DNA of 54,927 nt from an uncultured Candidatus Planktophila sp. (GTDB lineage: Bacteria > Actinomycetota > Actinomycetes > Nanopelagicales > Nanopelagicaceae), in the NCBI GenBank assembly GCA_964349605.1, contig CAYGHJ010000001.1, positions 1-54,927 of the forward strand, written 5' to 3'. This document shows positions 17,780 through 28,439 of this stretch, piece after piece; position 1 is the stretch's first letter, and each line of letters opens with the position of its first letter. A program made the translations under genes and the position numbers. The notes beneath the pieces are model-generated. The model made no database searches, was not told the origin of the DNA, and saw only the letters and a list, made by a program, of their open reading frames with translations.

Positions 17780-18733
17780 TTAGCCTAGCCAAGCCGCGAC
17801 TTTGTCAGGGTTGGCATCGATCCATTTTTGAGCCGCTGCTGCTGGCTCCATGCCGCCTTCAATATCGGCAGCTACTGAGTTCTGGTCAGCATTCGTCCAA
17901 CTAAAGTTAGAAACAATAGTTGCAAAAATCGAACCTGAATCCATCAACTTCTTTGTAGCTAACTTCTTAAGCGACGTCTCTGGGTAATCAGTTAGACCGC
18001 TTGCCTTTGCAGCATCGCTCCAGTCATTAGTAGGGAATTTTATCCGTGATTGCTCTAAGCCAGGAATCTTAATAAAGAGTGTTCCTGGAGTATAGAAATA
18101 TGCAAGCGCGGCAGTTTTGTTTGCCTCTGCCTTAGTAAGAACATCGACAAGTGCGGCCTCAGAGCCAGTTGAAATCGCTTTGAAGTTCAATTTATTAGCG
18201 GCAATCATCTTTTCGCCAATTGTTGTATATCCCGGAGGACCTTCATACCAAGCGCCTTTGCCGCCTGAGTCTGCAGTCTTAAACATATCTGCATATTTAT
18301 TTAGGTTTGCTGAATCCAAAATATCTGGATACTTAGCTGCCATCCAAGGGGCTACGTACATGCCAATGAGGCCAACGTTTCCATTGTCACCAACTTCTAC
18401 AATGGCGCCACGATCAACCCACTCTTGCCAGCGTCCGCCGCCCCAATCCTCGATGATGAGATCGATTGATCCAGCTTCCATTGCATCATATGTAACGCCG
18501 GCCTCTTCAAGAGTTGTCTGTGTAATTGTGCAGCCGTTTGCCTTAGCAACTTCTGCAACTACCTGCGCTGATGCTGTATATCCATTCCACGCGTGCATAG
18601 CTATTGCCCAAGTTCCGCAATCGCTAGCGCTATCTGCGCTGTCGTTAACGCTCGAACTACAGCCTGCAAGAACGAGTGCTCCTACAGCCAAAAGCGATAC
18701 CGCAGCTGAACGGCGTCCAAGACTAAATTTCAA
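17780..18733 (-). CDS. Glycine betaine/choline ABC transporter substrate-binding lipoprotein
   Basis: LAGC lipobox; OpuAC/ProX-like C-terminus AAQKWIDANPDKVAAWL. Confidence 0.85.
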   Translation of the reverse strand: MKFSLGRRSAAVSLLAVGALVLAGCSSSVNDSADSASDCGTWAIAMHAWNGYTASAQVVAEVAKANGCTITQTTLEEAGVTYDAMEAGSIDLIIEDWGGGRWQEWVDRGAIVEVGDNGNVGLIGMYVAPWMAAKYPDILDSANLNKYADMFKTADSGGKGAWYEGPPGYTTIGEKMIAANKLNFKAISTGSEAALVDVLTKAEANKTAALAYFYTPGTLFIKIPGLEQSRIKFPTNDWSDAAKASGLTDYPETSLKKLATKKLMDSGSIFATIVSNFSWTNADQNSVAADIEGGMEPAAAAQKWIDANPDKVAAWLG

Positions 18734-18824
18734 TTTCTCCTCCTAAAAGTAAAAAACGATTATGAGGAGCGTAATCTAGGCGCGCCATATAAGTAAGGGG
18801 TTACGCGAAGTGTTTTCGTGATTT

Positions 18825-20753
18825 TTACACTCTTCGCGCACTTGCCTGTGCGATTCGGTCAATCGTCACACCAAGAAGCAAAATTACTAAGCCTGCAACT
18901 AAACCTTTACCCTGCATCTCTGGCTTTGAGCCGCCTAAGATAACTAAATAGCCTAGGCCGCCAGAGCCAACGAAGCCACCAATGACGACTACTGCTAAGA
19001 CAAAGATCATGCCTTGATTTGTTGCCAGCAAAATTGATTTCTTCGCTGCCGGCAACTGCACTTTTGTAATTATCTGTCGTACTGATGATCCGGCCGCAGT
19101 AGCCGCCTCTATCATCGATGCAGGTACTGAGCGAATACCTTCCCCAACTATTTTCACAACTACTGGGATTGAATAAACAATTCCAGTAGCAATCGCGGTG
19201 AATCTCGTTGGACCAAAAAGGCCTAGCATCGGGATAAGGTAAACGAAGGCTGGCAAAGTCTGGCCGGCATCTAGAAATGGGCGAAGAATCTTTTCAGCAC
19301 GTTCATTCCGACCGACTAAAATTCCAAGGGCAATTCCAATTGTCATTGTCATCAATGTTGCAACAATGGTCTGCGTCAAGGTAATCATGGCCTCATGCCA
19401 AAGTCCAGATACAACAATTAAGCCAAGTAATGCAGTAGCAAGTACGGCAACTCGTTTTCCTCCAATAACTAAAGCTAAGAAAATAATCCCAGCAAAAGTT
19501 ACATACCAAGGAGAGAAAGCTAAAAGCGTCTCCAAAGGATTTAATACCCAGTTTGAGATGAAATCCTTAAAACCAACGGTGAAGATGTAGAGATTTGTTG
19601 TAATCCATTTTGTCGCACTATTTGTTACGTCTTCTACCTGTGAAGAGATATTTATAGATGACGGCCATACCGCTAGAGATAGGACTGTGCGTGATGCGAA
19701 AATTGAAATAATCGTTGCTATGCCAGCAATTCCCAACTTAATTCTACTATTGCGAATTTGAGCTGGTGTAGGAGGTATAAAACTCTCTTGTGCCTTTGCC
19801 GCAGCACTTGTACTTCTATCCAATAAAATCGCCACAAACACCACTGCGAAACCGGCTACAAAACCTTGACCGACATTGCGAATAATGAGTGCATCAATTA
19901 CTGGCTTGCCTAGACCTGGAGCCCCGATCAAAGCGGCGATAACAACAAAAGATAGAGCGGCCATAACAGTCTGATTGATACCCAGAACAATCATCTGCTT
20001 AGCCATTGGTAACTGGACTTTCGTAAGGGTTTGCTTTCCAGTTGATCCCATAGAAACCGCAGCTTCAATAGGTGATTGATTTAGATTCCGAATTGCGTGT
20101 GATGTTATGCGAATGGAGAGCGGAATGCTGTACACCATGGTTGCAATAGTCGCCGAGGCTGTACCGATAAGAAAGAAAAGAGCAAGGGGCGCTAGATAAA
20201 CAAGCGTGGGCAGGATTTGAGCCAAATCTAAAAATGGTGTCAATATTTTCAGTACACGATCAGATAAACCCGCCCAAATCCCTAAAGGAATTCCTATAAG
20301 CAGCGATAAGAGTACGGATGCAAACGTCATTGCAATCGTATCCATTGTGAACTGCCACATTCCTAAAGCACCACACGCCAACAAAAGTGTGGTGGCAAGA
20401 AGTGCGGTGCGCAATCTACTTGTGGCATAAGCGGTAAATGCCACAATTGCCGCCACGCCAAACCAGCCAATAAGTGGAATAATTGAGTTACCGCGAGGCA
20501 CTGAAATTACCGTGCGAATCGCCTCAACAAATCCATTAATTCCGGCGCGAATTGGATTAAAGAAATAGATAAAGGCTGCGCTCTTTGTACGGTTGCCACG
20601 AATCGATGCTGCTGCATCACCTACAGCGGTAGTAAATGATGTGTTCTCTGAAGTCGATAATTCAAGCGTGTGATCATCTTGAAAGAGCCGAGATAGAAAT
20701 ATCCATACGAGTGCCCCGCCAAGCAAAAGCTGTGACTTTTTCAAATGCAGCAT
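18825..20753 (-). CDS. Betaine ABC transporter permease with two fused ProW-like domains
   Basis: Two copies of LDxxQxLP and the EAAxxxG...KVQLPxA loop. Confidence 0.88.
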   Translation of the reverse strand: MLHLKKSQLLLGGALVWIFLSRLFQDDHTLELSTSENTSFTTAVGDAAASIRGNRTKSAAFIYFFNPIRAGINGFVEAIRTVISVPRGNSIIPLIGWFGVAAIVAFTAYATSRLRTALLATTLLLACGALGMWQFTMDTIAMTFASVLLSLLIGIPLGIWAGLSDRVLKILTPFLDLAQILPTLVYLAPLALFFLIGTASATIATMVYSIPLSIRITSHAIRNLNQSPIEAAVSMGSTGKQTLTKVQLPMAKQMIVLGINQTVMAALSFVVIAALIGAPGLGKPVIDALIIRNVGQGFVAGFAVVFVAILLDRSTSAAAKAQESFIPPTPAQIRNSRIKLGIAGIATIISIFASRTVLSLAVWPSSINISSQVEDVTNSATKWITTNLYIFTVGFKDFISNWVLNPLETLLAFSPWYVTFAGIIFLALVIGGKRVAVLATALLGLIVVSGLWHEAMITLTQTIVATLMTMTIGIALGILVGRNERAEKILRPFLDAGQTLPAFVYLIPMLGLFGPTRFTAIATGIVYSIPVVVKIVGEGIRSVPASMIEAATAAGSSVRQIITKVQLPAAKKSILLATNQGMIFVLAVVVIGGFVGSGGLGYLVILGGSKPEMQGKGLVAGLVILLLGVTIDRIAQASARRV

Positions 20754-21782
20754 CTATGCGACACCAGAAATTAACCGCAAAACATCCTCGCTAGAGACAA
20801 CGCCAAGCGCCCTACCATTATCGTTTACCCGAACAGGTTTATGTGTCTGCAAAATCACTTGAGCGGCATCTCGAATAATCATCGATGAAGGTAGCTCTGG
20901 ACCATCGGTATCTTCGCCGGGTTCGGCCGGACGCGCTAAATACTTAAGGGACAGAACATGCGACTTTGGAATGTCGCGAACAAAGTTAGCAACGTAATCA
21001 TCGATTGGATTAGCAACTAACTCTTCAGGAGTACCAATCTGAACAACCGCGCCATCGTGCATAATGGCAATTCGATCCCCTACTTTTACTGCCTCCGATA
21101 AATCATGAGTAATAAAGACCATTGTTTTGCCAAGTTCGTGGTGCAGGCGAATCACCTCTTGCTGCATATCACGCCGAATAAGTGGATCGAGGGCGCTAAA
21201 TGGCTCGTCTAGAAATAGAACCTGCGGATCGACGGCAAGGGCTCGAGCTAAACCAACACGCTGTTGCATTCCACCTGAGAGTTGTTCGGGATAGGCATTG
21301 GCATAACCCTGTAATCCCACAAGTTCTATGACTTCATTAGCACGTGCATGGCGCTCGGCCTTTTTAACTCCATTTATTTCAAGTGAATATGCGATGTTGT
21401 CAATCACTTTTCGGTGAGGCAATAATCCAAAGTGTTGAAAGACCATTGAAAACCTAGTCTTGCGAAGTTCACGCAATCGAGCGGCATCGACAAGTAAAAC
21501 ATCCTCGCCCTCAAAAGTAAGTGAGCCTGCTGTCGGCTCTATTAAACGGGTCATACAGCGGACGAGTGTCGATTTTCCAGAACCCGATAAACCCATCACA
21601 ACAAAGACTTCACCAGGGGCGACATCAAATGAAACATTCCGAACTGCGATTGTATTTCCGGTTTGAGCACGAAGCTCTGAACGCGTTAAATCTGCGAGCG
21701 GAGTGCCTATGACTTTTTCGGCGTTTGCTCCAAAAACCTTCCAAAGATTTTTAACTGAAATCATTGGCGCTTCACTACTCAC
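20754..21782 (-). CDS. proV: Glycine betaine/proline ABC transporter ATPase
   Basis: [35 protein letters not shown]. Confidence 0.9.
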   Translation of the reverse strand: MSSEAPMISVKNLWKVFGANAEKVIGTPLADLTRSELRAQTGNTIAVRNVSFDVAPGEVFVVMGLSGSGKSTLVRCMTRLIEPTAGSLTFEGEDVLLVDAARLRELRKTRFSMVFQHFGLLPHRKVIDNIAYSLEINGVKKAERHARANEVIELVGLQGYANAYPEQLSGGMQQRVGLARALAVDPQVLFLDEPFSALDPLIRRDMQQEVIRLHHELGKTMVFITHDLSEAVKVGDRIAIMHDGAVVQIGTPEELVANPIDDYVANFVRDIPKSHVLSLKYLARPAEPGEDTDGPELPSSMIIRDAAQVILQTHKPVRVNDNGRALGVVSSEDVLRLISGVA

Positions 21783-21801
21783 TGAGTAATCCCCTCATTA
21801 A

Positions 21802-23274
21802 TTAATCTCTAAACCATCCAGATCGACTAGGAGCATTGTTGGTCCAAATGTGTTTGATTTCAAGGTACTCACCCAAGCCATGTTCGCCTAATTCGCGACC
21901 AATTCCAGATTGCTTGTAACCACCCCACTCGGCGGCTGGACGATATGGACCAAAATCATTGACCCAAATTGTGCCATGACGTAGTGCACCTGCCACACGG
22001 CCCGCTTTCTCAGAATCACTACTCCACAGACCTCCAGATAAACCAAAATTCGTGTCATTTCCTATCGCTATTGCTTCGGCCTCGGTATCAAATACTTCCA
22101 CCGTCATGACCGGTCCAAATGACTCTTCCTGCACGCAATACATCGAAGATTTCGCGTTATCTAAAACTGTCGGCAGGTAATACCAGCCATTAGCATGTTC
22201 TGGCTTTTCACTGCGTTTTCCGCCCACCAATAGCGTGGCACCTTCGGCAACACCCTTATCAACATAATCGCTGACATTTTGTAAATGTGCCGCGCTGATT
22301 AGTGGACCAGCTTCGGCCAATTCATCATCTGGTCCCCCAAGTCGAATCTTTGCCGCGCGTCGAACAATCTCATTAACAACACGATCATGAATCGAACGCT
22401 CAACGATTAGTCGAGTTCCTGCCGAGCAGACTTGTCCAGAGTGCAAGAAGGCTGCAGTGACGGCGTTATCAATTGCAACATCGATATCTGCATCGGCAAA
22501 AATAATATGTGGATTTTTACCACCAAGTTCAAGGGCTAATCTCTTCACCGTTTGCGCCGCAGCCCGCATGATCGTTTGGCCAGTTGATAATCCACCGGTA
22601 AAAGAAACCAAATCAACACGTGGATCATTAATAAGCAAAGTGCCAACCACTGAGCCAGGACCTAAAATTAAATTCGCAACTCCTCTTGGTGTTCCAGCCT
22701 CTTCAATTATCTTCATCAACGCAATTGCACTCTGTGGTGTTAACTCGGAAGGCTTAACAATAAAAGAACAACCTGCAACTAAAGCAGGAGCTACTTTCCA
22801 GGCAATCTGCAAGAGGGGATAGTTCCAAGGACCTATAAGCGATGCGACACCGAGTGGCTCGTGAACTATGCGGCTACTCACGTGCGCCAGACCAACATCA
22901 ACTTTTCGTCCATGCTCTTTGGCACCAAGGGCCGCGAAATGTCTAAATGTCGATACGACATCTGCAACATCATATTGAGCTTCAACAAATCGTTTGCCTG
23001 TGTCATCACTCTCTTTGCGAGCAATAAGGTCGGCATCGCGCTCCAATAAATCGGCAATCGTTGAAACTAATTCACTGCGCTCCTTGAAACTCCATGATGT
23101 AAATACACCAGAGTCAAAAGAGCTGCGAGCAGCGCTGATTGCATCGTGCACATCGTCCTGCGTAGCTTGAGAAACAATGGCCACAACGCTTTGATCATGT
23201 GGACTATGGACATTATGAGTACCGTCATCAGATGCCGCTCTCCAAGCTCCATTGATGAAAAGGGTTGCAACCAT
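21802..23274 (-). CDS. betB: Betaine aldehyde dehydrogenase
   Basis: PWNYP, LELGGKNP, GQVCSAG, EESFGP; operon context. Confidence 0.85.
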   Translation of the reverse strand: MVATLFINGAWRAASDDGTHNVHSPHDQSVVAIVSQATQDDVHDAISAARSSFDSGVFTSWSFKERSELVSTIADLLERDADLIARKESDDTGKRFVEAQYDVADVVSTFRHFAALGAKEHGRKVDVGLAHVSSRIVHEPLGVASLIGPWNYPLLQIAWKVAPALVAGCSFIVKPSELTPQSAIALMKIIEEAGTPRGVANLILGPGSVVGTLLINDPRVDLVSFTGGLSTGQTIMRAAAQTVKRLALELGGKNPHIIFADADIDVAIDNAVTAAFLHSGQVCSAGTRLIVERSIHDRVVNEIVRRAAKIRLGGPDDELAEAGPLISAAHLQNVSDYVDKGVAEGATLLVGGKRSEKPEHANGWYYLPTVLDNAKSSMYCVQEESFGPVMTVEVFDTEAEAIAIGNDTNFGLSGGLWSSDSEKAGRVAGALRHGTIWVNDFGPYRPAAEWGGYKQSGIGRELGEHGLGEYLEIKHIWTNNAPSRSGWFRD

Positions 23275-23281
23275 AATGGCT

Positions 23282-24718
23282 TTAATCTAGTTGGCTCTTG
23301 CGCATTGCGACAAACTCGTCGAGTTCTTGGAGCATACGTGCATCCATCTCCGGAGCGACGTAATCCTCTAACTTCTTCTTGTATATCTCGCTGGCACGAG
23401 CTTTCGTATCCTTGCCACCTAATCGGGTCCAGCGCTCGAAATTATCGCTGTTGGTTAAAAATGGTCGGTAGAAGCAGTCTCGGAAGCGCTCCATAGTGTG
23501 GGCCGCTCCGAGGAAATGGCCCCCATGTCCAACTTCAAGATGAGCATCAAATGCCAAGGATTCAACCGTAAATTCAAGTGGAGTGAACTCAGTCATGAGT
23601 GATTGGAGGATTTCAATATCGAGAATGAACTTTTCATAACACGATACAAGTCCGCCTTCTAACCAACCTGCAGTGTGCATTACCCAGTTAGTGCCCGATA
23701 AAAATGTTGGCATCATCGTCATCATGGATTGGTATGCAGATTGCGCGTCAACTGTTTGTGAGGAGTTCAAGCCACCTCCGCCACGGAATGGAAGATTAAA
23801 ACTACGTGCAATTTGGCCGGTACATAAAAGTCCAATTCCAGATTCAGGTGTACCAAACTGTGGTGATCCCGATTGCATATCGATGTTAGATAGAAAAGAT
23901 CCAAAGACTATTGGACATCCAGGGTTAAGCGTCTGAGCAAGTGCGATCCCAGTTAATGCTTCGGCAATCTGTTGTGCCAGTGTCGCAGGAATCGTCACAG
24001 GACTCATGGCACCCATCAGTAAAAACGGTGTAACTACAACTGGCTGCCCCGCTAAAACATACTCACGAAGTGAGTCCAACATGCGATCATCCCAACGAAG
24101 TGGAGAGTTGCAGTTAATCAGAGAAATCAACGCGGGAGTTTCAACTATCGCTTCTCGGCCGCCGTGAATGATCTCTGCCATTTTGATGACATCTATTGCA
24201 TTTTGGGCGGTAACTACATTGCCCATAAAAAACTTATCGGTCAACGTGGCCGCGGCATATGCCATATCTAAATGCCTTGAATCGAGCGATAGATCATTAG
24301 GTTCGCAAACGACTCCACCGACACTATCTAAAGCATCAAATGACTGCGCTAACTTGCAAAAATTTTTGTAGTCATTAAATGTCGCATCACGGCGAATATC
24401 GCCTTCACGCAGAAATGGCGGACCATACACGCCACCAAAGACCATCGAATTACCACCAATGTGGACATTGTTCTTAGGATTGCGAGCGCGCAAGTTAAAC
24501 TCACTTGGCGCTAATGCGCACTGCTTTAAAATCCAGTCGGGATCAAATTTAACGTTGTCCCCCTCAACGCTTTGGCCAGCTTCACGCAGAAGATCTATCG
24601 CCCATGGTGACATGAACTCAATGCCAATCTCAGAGACGATTCGACGCCAACCAGCCGTAAGCGTCGCCATCGACTCTTGGCTCAAGATTTCATATCGAGG
24701 CATTCGATTTTCAAACAT
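23282..24718 (-). CDS. Trimethylamine methyltransferase superfamily, non-pyrrolysine (MtgB-like glycine betaine methyltransferase)
   Basis: GAMSPVT, GSPQFGTPE, AGWLEGGL, GHFLG; no in-frame amber codon. Confidence 0.88.
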   Translation of the reverse strand: MFENRMPRYEILSQESMATLTAGWRRIVSEIGIEFMSPWAIDLLREAGQSVEGDNVKFDPDWILKQCALAPSEFNLRARNPKNNVHIGGNSMVFGGVYGPPFLREGDIRRDATFNDYKNFCKLAQSFDALDSVGGVVCEPNDLSLDSRHLDMAYAAATLTDKFFMGNVVTAQNAIDVIKMAEIIHGGREAIVETPALISLINCNSPLRWDDRMLDSLREYVLAGQPVVVTPFLLMGAMSPVTIPATLAQQIAEALTGIALAQTLNPGCPIVFGSFLSNIDMQSGSPQFGTPESGIGLLCTGQIARSFNLPFRGGGGLNSSQTVDAQSAYQSMMTMMPTFLSGTNWVMHTAGWLEGGLVSCYEKFILDIEILQSLMTEFTPLEFTVESLAFDAHLEVGHGGHFLGAAHTMERFRDCFYRPFLTNSDNFERWTRLGGKDTKARASEIYKKKLEDYVAPEMDARMLQELDEFVAMRKSQLD

Positions 24719-24785
24719 GAACTGCTCCTTCGTCTCTATTGACCATTGGACACGAACGAGAATACCCTTAGATAGTGGAACAGTG

Positions 24786-24802
24786 GTTCCATATTATGGA
24801 AC
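24786..24802. promoter_or_regulatory. Palindromic operator (probably bound by the IclR regulator)
   Basis: GTTCCATA-T-TATGGAAC perfect inverted repeat between the divergent mttB-like and iclR genes. Confidence 0.65.
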
Positions 24803-24829
24803 ACTATGGCAGCGGCGAAAGGTGGGGTG

Positions 24830-25591
24830 ATGAGTGAATTAGTGAATGGGACTCAAGCCATTGATCGCGCTAGCGCCTTGCTAATTCACATTTTGGAATC
24901 CTCGACTCCTCCACTTTTATCTCAACTGGCTCGTACATTTGAAATTCCAAAAAGCACCACGTCGCGAATGCTCAGTGCTCTAGAGCGCCAAGGGCTTATT
25001 CGTCGAGACCAACAAGGAGCCTTTCTCGCCGGCGATGTCCTCACTCAATTTGCCCGCTCACAAAATCACGACTCGGTTTTGGTCGCTCGAGTGCATTCTG
25101 TTTTAGAGAAATTAGCAATGAGTACGGGAGAAACCGCAAACTTAGCCGTTGCAAGTAATGGCGAAATGAAGTTAATAGATCAAGTCGATGGTCATTATTT
25201 ATTAGGCGCAACAAACTGGGTAGGAAGAGGTATTCCTTTTCACGCCTCGGCTCTCGGGAAAATTCTATTGGCATATGGCGCAGCAACGATTCCACTTGGC
25301 AAGCTTGAAAAACTTACGGCAAAGACAATTACATCTAGATCAAAGTTATTGGCCGAACTCGAGAACGTTCGCAAAAAAGGATATGCAATTATTATCGATG
25401 AACTAGAAGAGGGATTAGTTGCAGTAGCCGCACCCATTCGTGAAGATGATGGACGAGTTGTTGGAGCAATTTCAATCTCTGGTCCATCTCCACGATTAAC
25501 GCTAAGAGATTTAGCCAAGATAGGCGAAGTAATTATCCAAGAGATCCACTCACTCCAGGCAAACCATGAAGGAAAGATAGGTGCAGCATGA
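24830..25591 (+). CDS. IclR-family transcriptional regulator
   Basis: PKSTTSRML HTH, TGETANL, HASALGK, AISISGP. Confidence 0.92.
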   Translation: MSELVNGTQAIDRASALLIHILESSTPPLLSQLARTFEIPKSTTSRMLSALERQGLIRRDQQGAFLAGDVLTQFARSQNHDSVLVARVHSVLEKLAMSTGETANLAVASNGEMKLIDQVDGHYLLGATNWVGRGIPFHASALGKILLAYGAATIPLGKLEKLTAKTITSRSKLLAELENVRKKGYAIIIDELEEGLVAVAAPIREDDGRVVGAISISGPSPRLTLRDLAKIGEVIIQEIHSLQANHEGKIGAA

Positions 25592-26253
25592 CTCATGACG
25601 ACATCATCAAGGCGCTCTTTGACGAGACCTTAGTTGGCAATGCTCCTGCGGTTTTAGAGTTAACCAAAGCGGGAATCGCTGATGGTATGACTCCGAGCAC
25701 AATTCTCTTTGATGCACTTATTCCAGCACTTGAAGAGGTGGGTGCTCGTTTTGAGCGGGGAGATTTTTTTGTTCCTGAGATGCTCATATCTGGAAAAGCG
25801 ATGTCGGGAGCGCTCGCAGTTTTGCGACCCTTGTTAGCTGAAACAGGCGCTGAAACTGTAGGTACGTATTTAATGGGAACGGTTAAGGGCGATGTTCACG
25901 ATATCGGTAAGAATTTAGTAAATATCATGCTCGAAGGTGCCGGCTTTAACGTTATTGACCTTGGCGTACAGGTTGCACCTGAAAAATTTGTCGCTGGAAT
26001 TCTCGAACATAAGCCAGATATCGTTGGAATGTCTGCCTTTTTAACGACAACTATGCCAATGTTTAAAGTCAATATTCATGAAATTACAAAGGCTGGGCTT
26101 CGCGATCAAGTTATTGTCATGGTTGGTGGAGCTCCAGTTACTCAGGAATACGCCGATGTCGTTGGCGCCGATGGTTTTGCCGCCGATGCCTCGACTGCCG
26201 TACGTATTGCTAAGGATTTAATCTCTAAAAAGCGTGCTGCGGTTTCCGCATAA
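25588..26253 (+). CDS. Corrinoid (B12-binding) protein
   Basis: Cap domain FFVPEML plus GDVHDIGKN and VGGAP. Confidence 0.93.
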   Translation: MTHDDIIKALFDETLVGNAPAVLELTKAGIADGMTPSTILFDALIPALEEVGARFERGDFFVPEMLISGKAMSGALAVLRPLLAETGAETVGTYLMGTVKGDVHDIGKNLVNIMLEGAGFNVIDLGVQVAPEKFVAGILEHKPDIVGMSAFLTTTMPMFKVNIHEITKAGLRDQVIVMVGGAPVTQEYADVVGADGFAADASTAVRIAKDLISKKRAAVSA

Positions 26254-26260
26254 GAGAAAA

Positions 26261-26641
26261 ATGCTAAAAAAACTTCTTCCCTTTGTTGAACATGCCTTGA
26301 AAGCGCCGCTTTGGGATTGCCGCATGTGTGGACAGTGCGTACTCCATTCAACAGGAATGACCTGTCCTATGACCTGTCCCAAAACATTGCGCAATGGCCC
26401 GTGTGGCGGGGTGCGCGAAAATGGTCACTGTGAAGTAATTCCAGAGATGCAGTGTATTTGGGTGAAGGCCTATGATCGCACTAACTCACTTCCATTGCCA
26501 AAGGTATGGAAGGAGCATTACAACGAACTTCGCCCGCCAGTAGATATGCAGTTGCAAGGAACCTCTTCGTGGGTCAATCTGATAACTAAGCGGGATCAAC
26601 AAGTTCCACATGGTTGGTCGGTACAAGGCGGTGAACGCTAA
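26261..26641 (+). CDS. Methylenetetrahydrofolate reductase C-terminal domain protein (MetV-like)
   Basis: CRMCGQC...CPMTCPKTLRNGPCGG...CEV...CIW. Confidence 0.85.
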   Translation: MLKKLLPFVEHALKAPLWDCRMCGQCVLHSTGMTCPMTCPKTLRNGPCGGVRENGHCEVIPEMQCIWVKAYDRTNSLPLPKVWKEHYNELRPPVDMQLQGTSSWVNLITKRDQQVPHGWSVQGGER

Positions 26642-27552
26642 TGTCGGTGCTTCGCGAAAAATTAGAAAACACTAACGATCCTGTATTCACCGCTGAGTTT
26701 CCATCTGTCGATGGCGGAGGAATGGAAACCGTTAAAAGAAATGCAGCTCGCTTAGCGCCCTGGTTTGATGCCGTAAATGCAACCGATAATCCGGCTGCTC
26801 ATGCACATACATCTAATACAACCACGGCTATTGCAATGAAGATGTATGGCCTAGAGCCAATTATGCAGATAGTTTGCCGCGATAAAAATCGTCTAGCAAT
26901 TCAGTCAGACATGATGGGTGCATCGCTTCATGGAATTACAAATCTCTCACTTTTAACTGGCGATGATGTCACAGCCGGCGATGAGCCAGAGGCACGAAGA
27001 GTCTTTGATATTGATAGTGCTCAAGCGATAAATATCGCTCGGATATTGGGTGAAGGTAATTATCTCTCTGGAAGGGCAATCAAACCAGCTCCAGATTTCT
27101 ATATTGGTGCCGTTGAAAATGCCGCAGCACCTCCATTTGACTATCGAATCCAACGAGCACTGAAAAAATACCGCGCAGGGGCTCGATTCTTGCAACTTCA
27201 AATCTGTTACCACCCTGATCGCCTTGAAGCCTTTTGCAAGGGCGTGGCAGAAGTTGCACCTGACCTCAAATTGATACCAACTGTGGTTTTGGTGAAGGGC
27301 GCCAAAGGTTTGGGCTTTATGAATGATAAGGTTCCCGGCATCGACGTTCCGGCCAGCTCTCTGGCACGAGTACGAAACGCCAGTGATCCCAGTGTTGAGG
27401 TCATGAAGTTAACTCTAGAGCTGGCCCTATACGCACTCACCCTCCCTGGAGTCCGTGGCCTTCACATCACAGATTTTCGTCACGATGATTCACTTGATAG
27501 CTTTATGAACGATTTAGGCCAAACACCGAAACGCCAAACACCGAATAGATAG
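26641..27552 (+). CDS. metF: Methylenetetrahydrofolate reductase
   Basis: FTAEF, NATDNP, CRDKNR, LTGD, GARFLQLQ. Confidence 0.85.
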   Translation: MSVLREKLENTNDPVFTAEFPSVDGGGMETVKRNAARLAPWFDAVNATDNPAAHAHTSNTTTAIAMKMYGLEPIMQIVCRDKNRLAIQSDMMGASLHGITNLSLLTGDDVTAGDEPEARRVFDIDSAQAINIARILGEGNYLSGRAIKPAPDFYIGAVENAAAPPFDYRIQRALKKYRAGARFLQLQICYHPDRLEAFCKGVAEVAPDLKLIPTVVLVKGAKGLGFMNDKVPGIDVPASSLARVRNASDPSVEVMKLTLELALYALTLPGVRGLHITDFRHDDSLDSFMNDLGQTPKRQTPNR

Positions 27553-27561
27553 GGGCGCACG

Positions 27562-28434
27562 ATGCACACAGTTCTCTCTTCACCTGGTCAGACGGTAACG
27601 ATCGGTCACGACCAACCTTTTTGCATTATTGGTGAACGCATCAACCCTACGGGTCGAAAGAAGTTTCAATTGCAGCTACGCGAAGGCGACCTTTCTGCTA
27701 TTGAAAAGGATGTCGCCGATCAAATCGCAGGTGGCGCAAATGTTCTAGATGTGAATATGGGAGTCCCACTAACGGATGAACCTGCCCTTTTAACTAAGGC
27801 TATTACTTTGATTCAATCCATTACCGACGTGCCAATTTGTATCGACTCATCGATTATTGAGGCATTACAAGCAGGTCTCGAAACGTATCAAGGCAAAGCT
27901 CTTGTCAATAGTGTTACTGGCGAAGATGAGCGTATGGATTTAGTTCTACCGCTTATTAAAAAGCATGGCGCGGCCATTATCGCACTTCCAAATGATGAAA
28001 CCGGAATCCCAGCAACAGCGGCAGAGCGTATCGTGATTACTGAAAAGATCATTCGCGCCGTTGAAAAACATGGAATTCCACTCGAGGATTTAGTTATCGA
28101 TCCATTAGCAATGACTGTCGGCGCCGATCCCGAAGCGGTCAAAATTACTTTAGAAACTATCTACTTAATCCGTGAAAAATGGGGGCTTAATATGACCCTT
28201 GGCGCATCTAATATTTCTTTTGGCCTTCCATATCGCCATGCACTTAACGCAGCTTTCTTGCCCACGGCAATGTCACATGGTTTGACCTCTGCGGTCATGG
28301 ACTCTCGCACTCCTTTAATCGTTGAATCGGTTCGCGCCGCGGACTTGCTGCTTGGCCTAGATCCATGGGGATCAAACTGGATAACACGATTTAGAGCGAT
28401 GGAGGCTGCAAAAACTGCGGCTATTACTGAATAG
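27562..28434 (+). CDS. Methyltetrahydrofolate:corrinoid methyltransferase (pterin-binding domain)
   Basis: IIGERINPTG, LDVNMG, IDSS, VNSVTGE, IDPL, GASNISFGLP. Confidence 0.9.
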   Translation: MHTVLSSPGQTVTIGHDQPFCIIGERINPTGRKKFQLQLREGDLSAIEKDVADQIAGGANVLDVNMGVPLTDEPALLTKAITLIQSITDVPICIDSSIIEALQAGLETYQGKALVNSVTGEDERMDLVLPLIKKHGAAIIALPNDETGIPATAAERIVITEKIIRAVEKHGIPLEDLVIDPLAMTVGADPEAVKITLETIYLIREKWGLNMTLGASNISFGLPYRHALNAAFLPTAMSHGLTSAVMDSRTPLIVESVRAADLLLGLDPWGSNWITRFRAMEAAKTAAITE

Positions 28435-28439
28435 GATGA

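Noticed and set aside
24719..24830. Cobalamin or other riboswitch upstream of the corrinoid genes
   Set aside because: The region is short and has no B12-box that I can recognise; the palindromic operator explains its structure.
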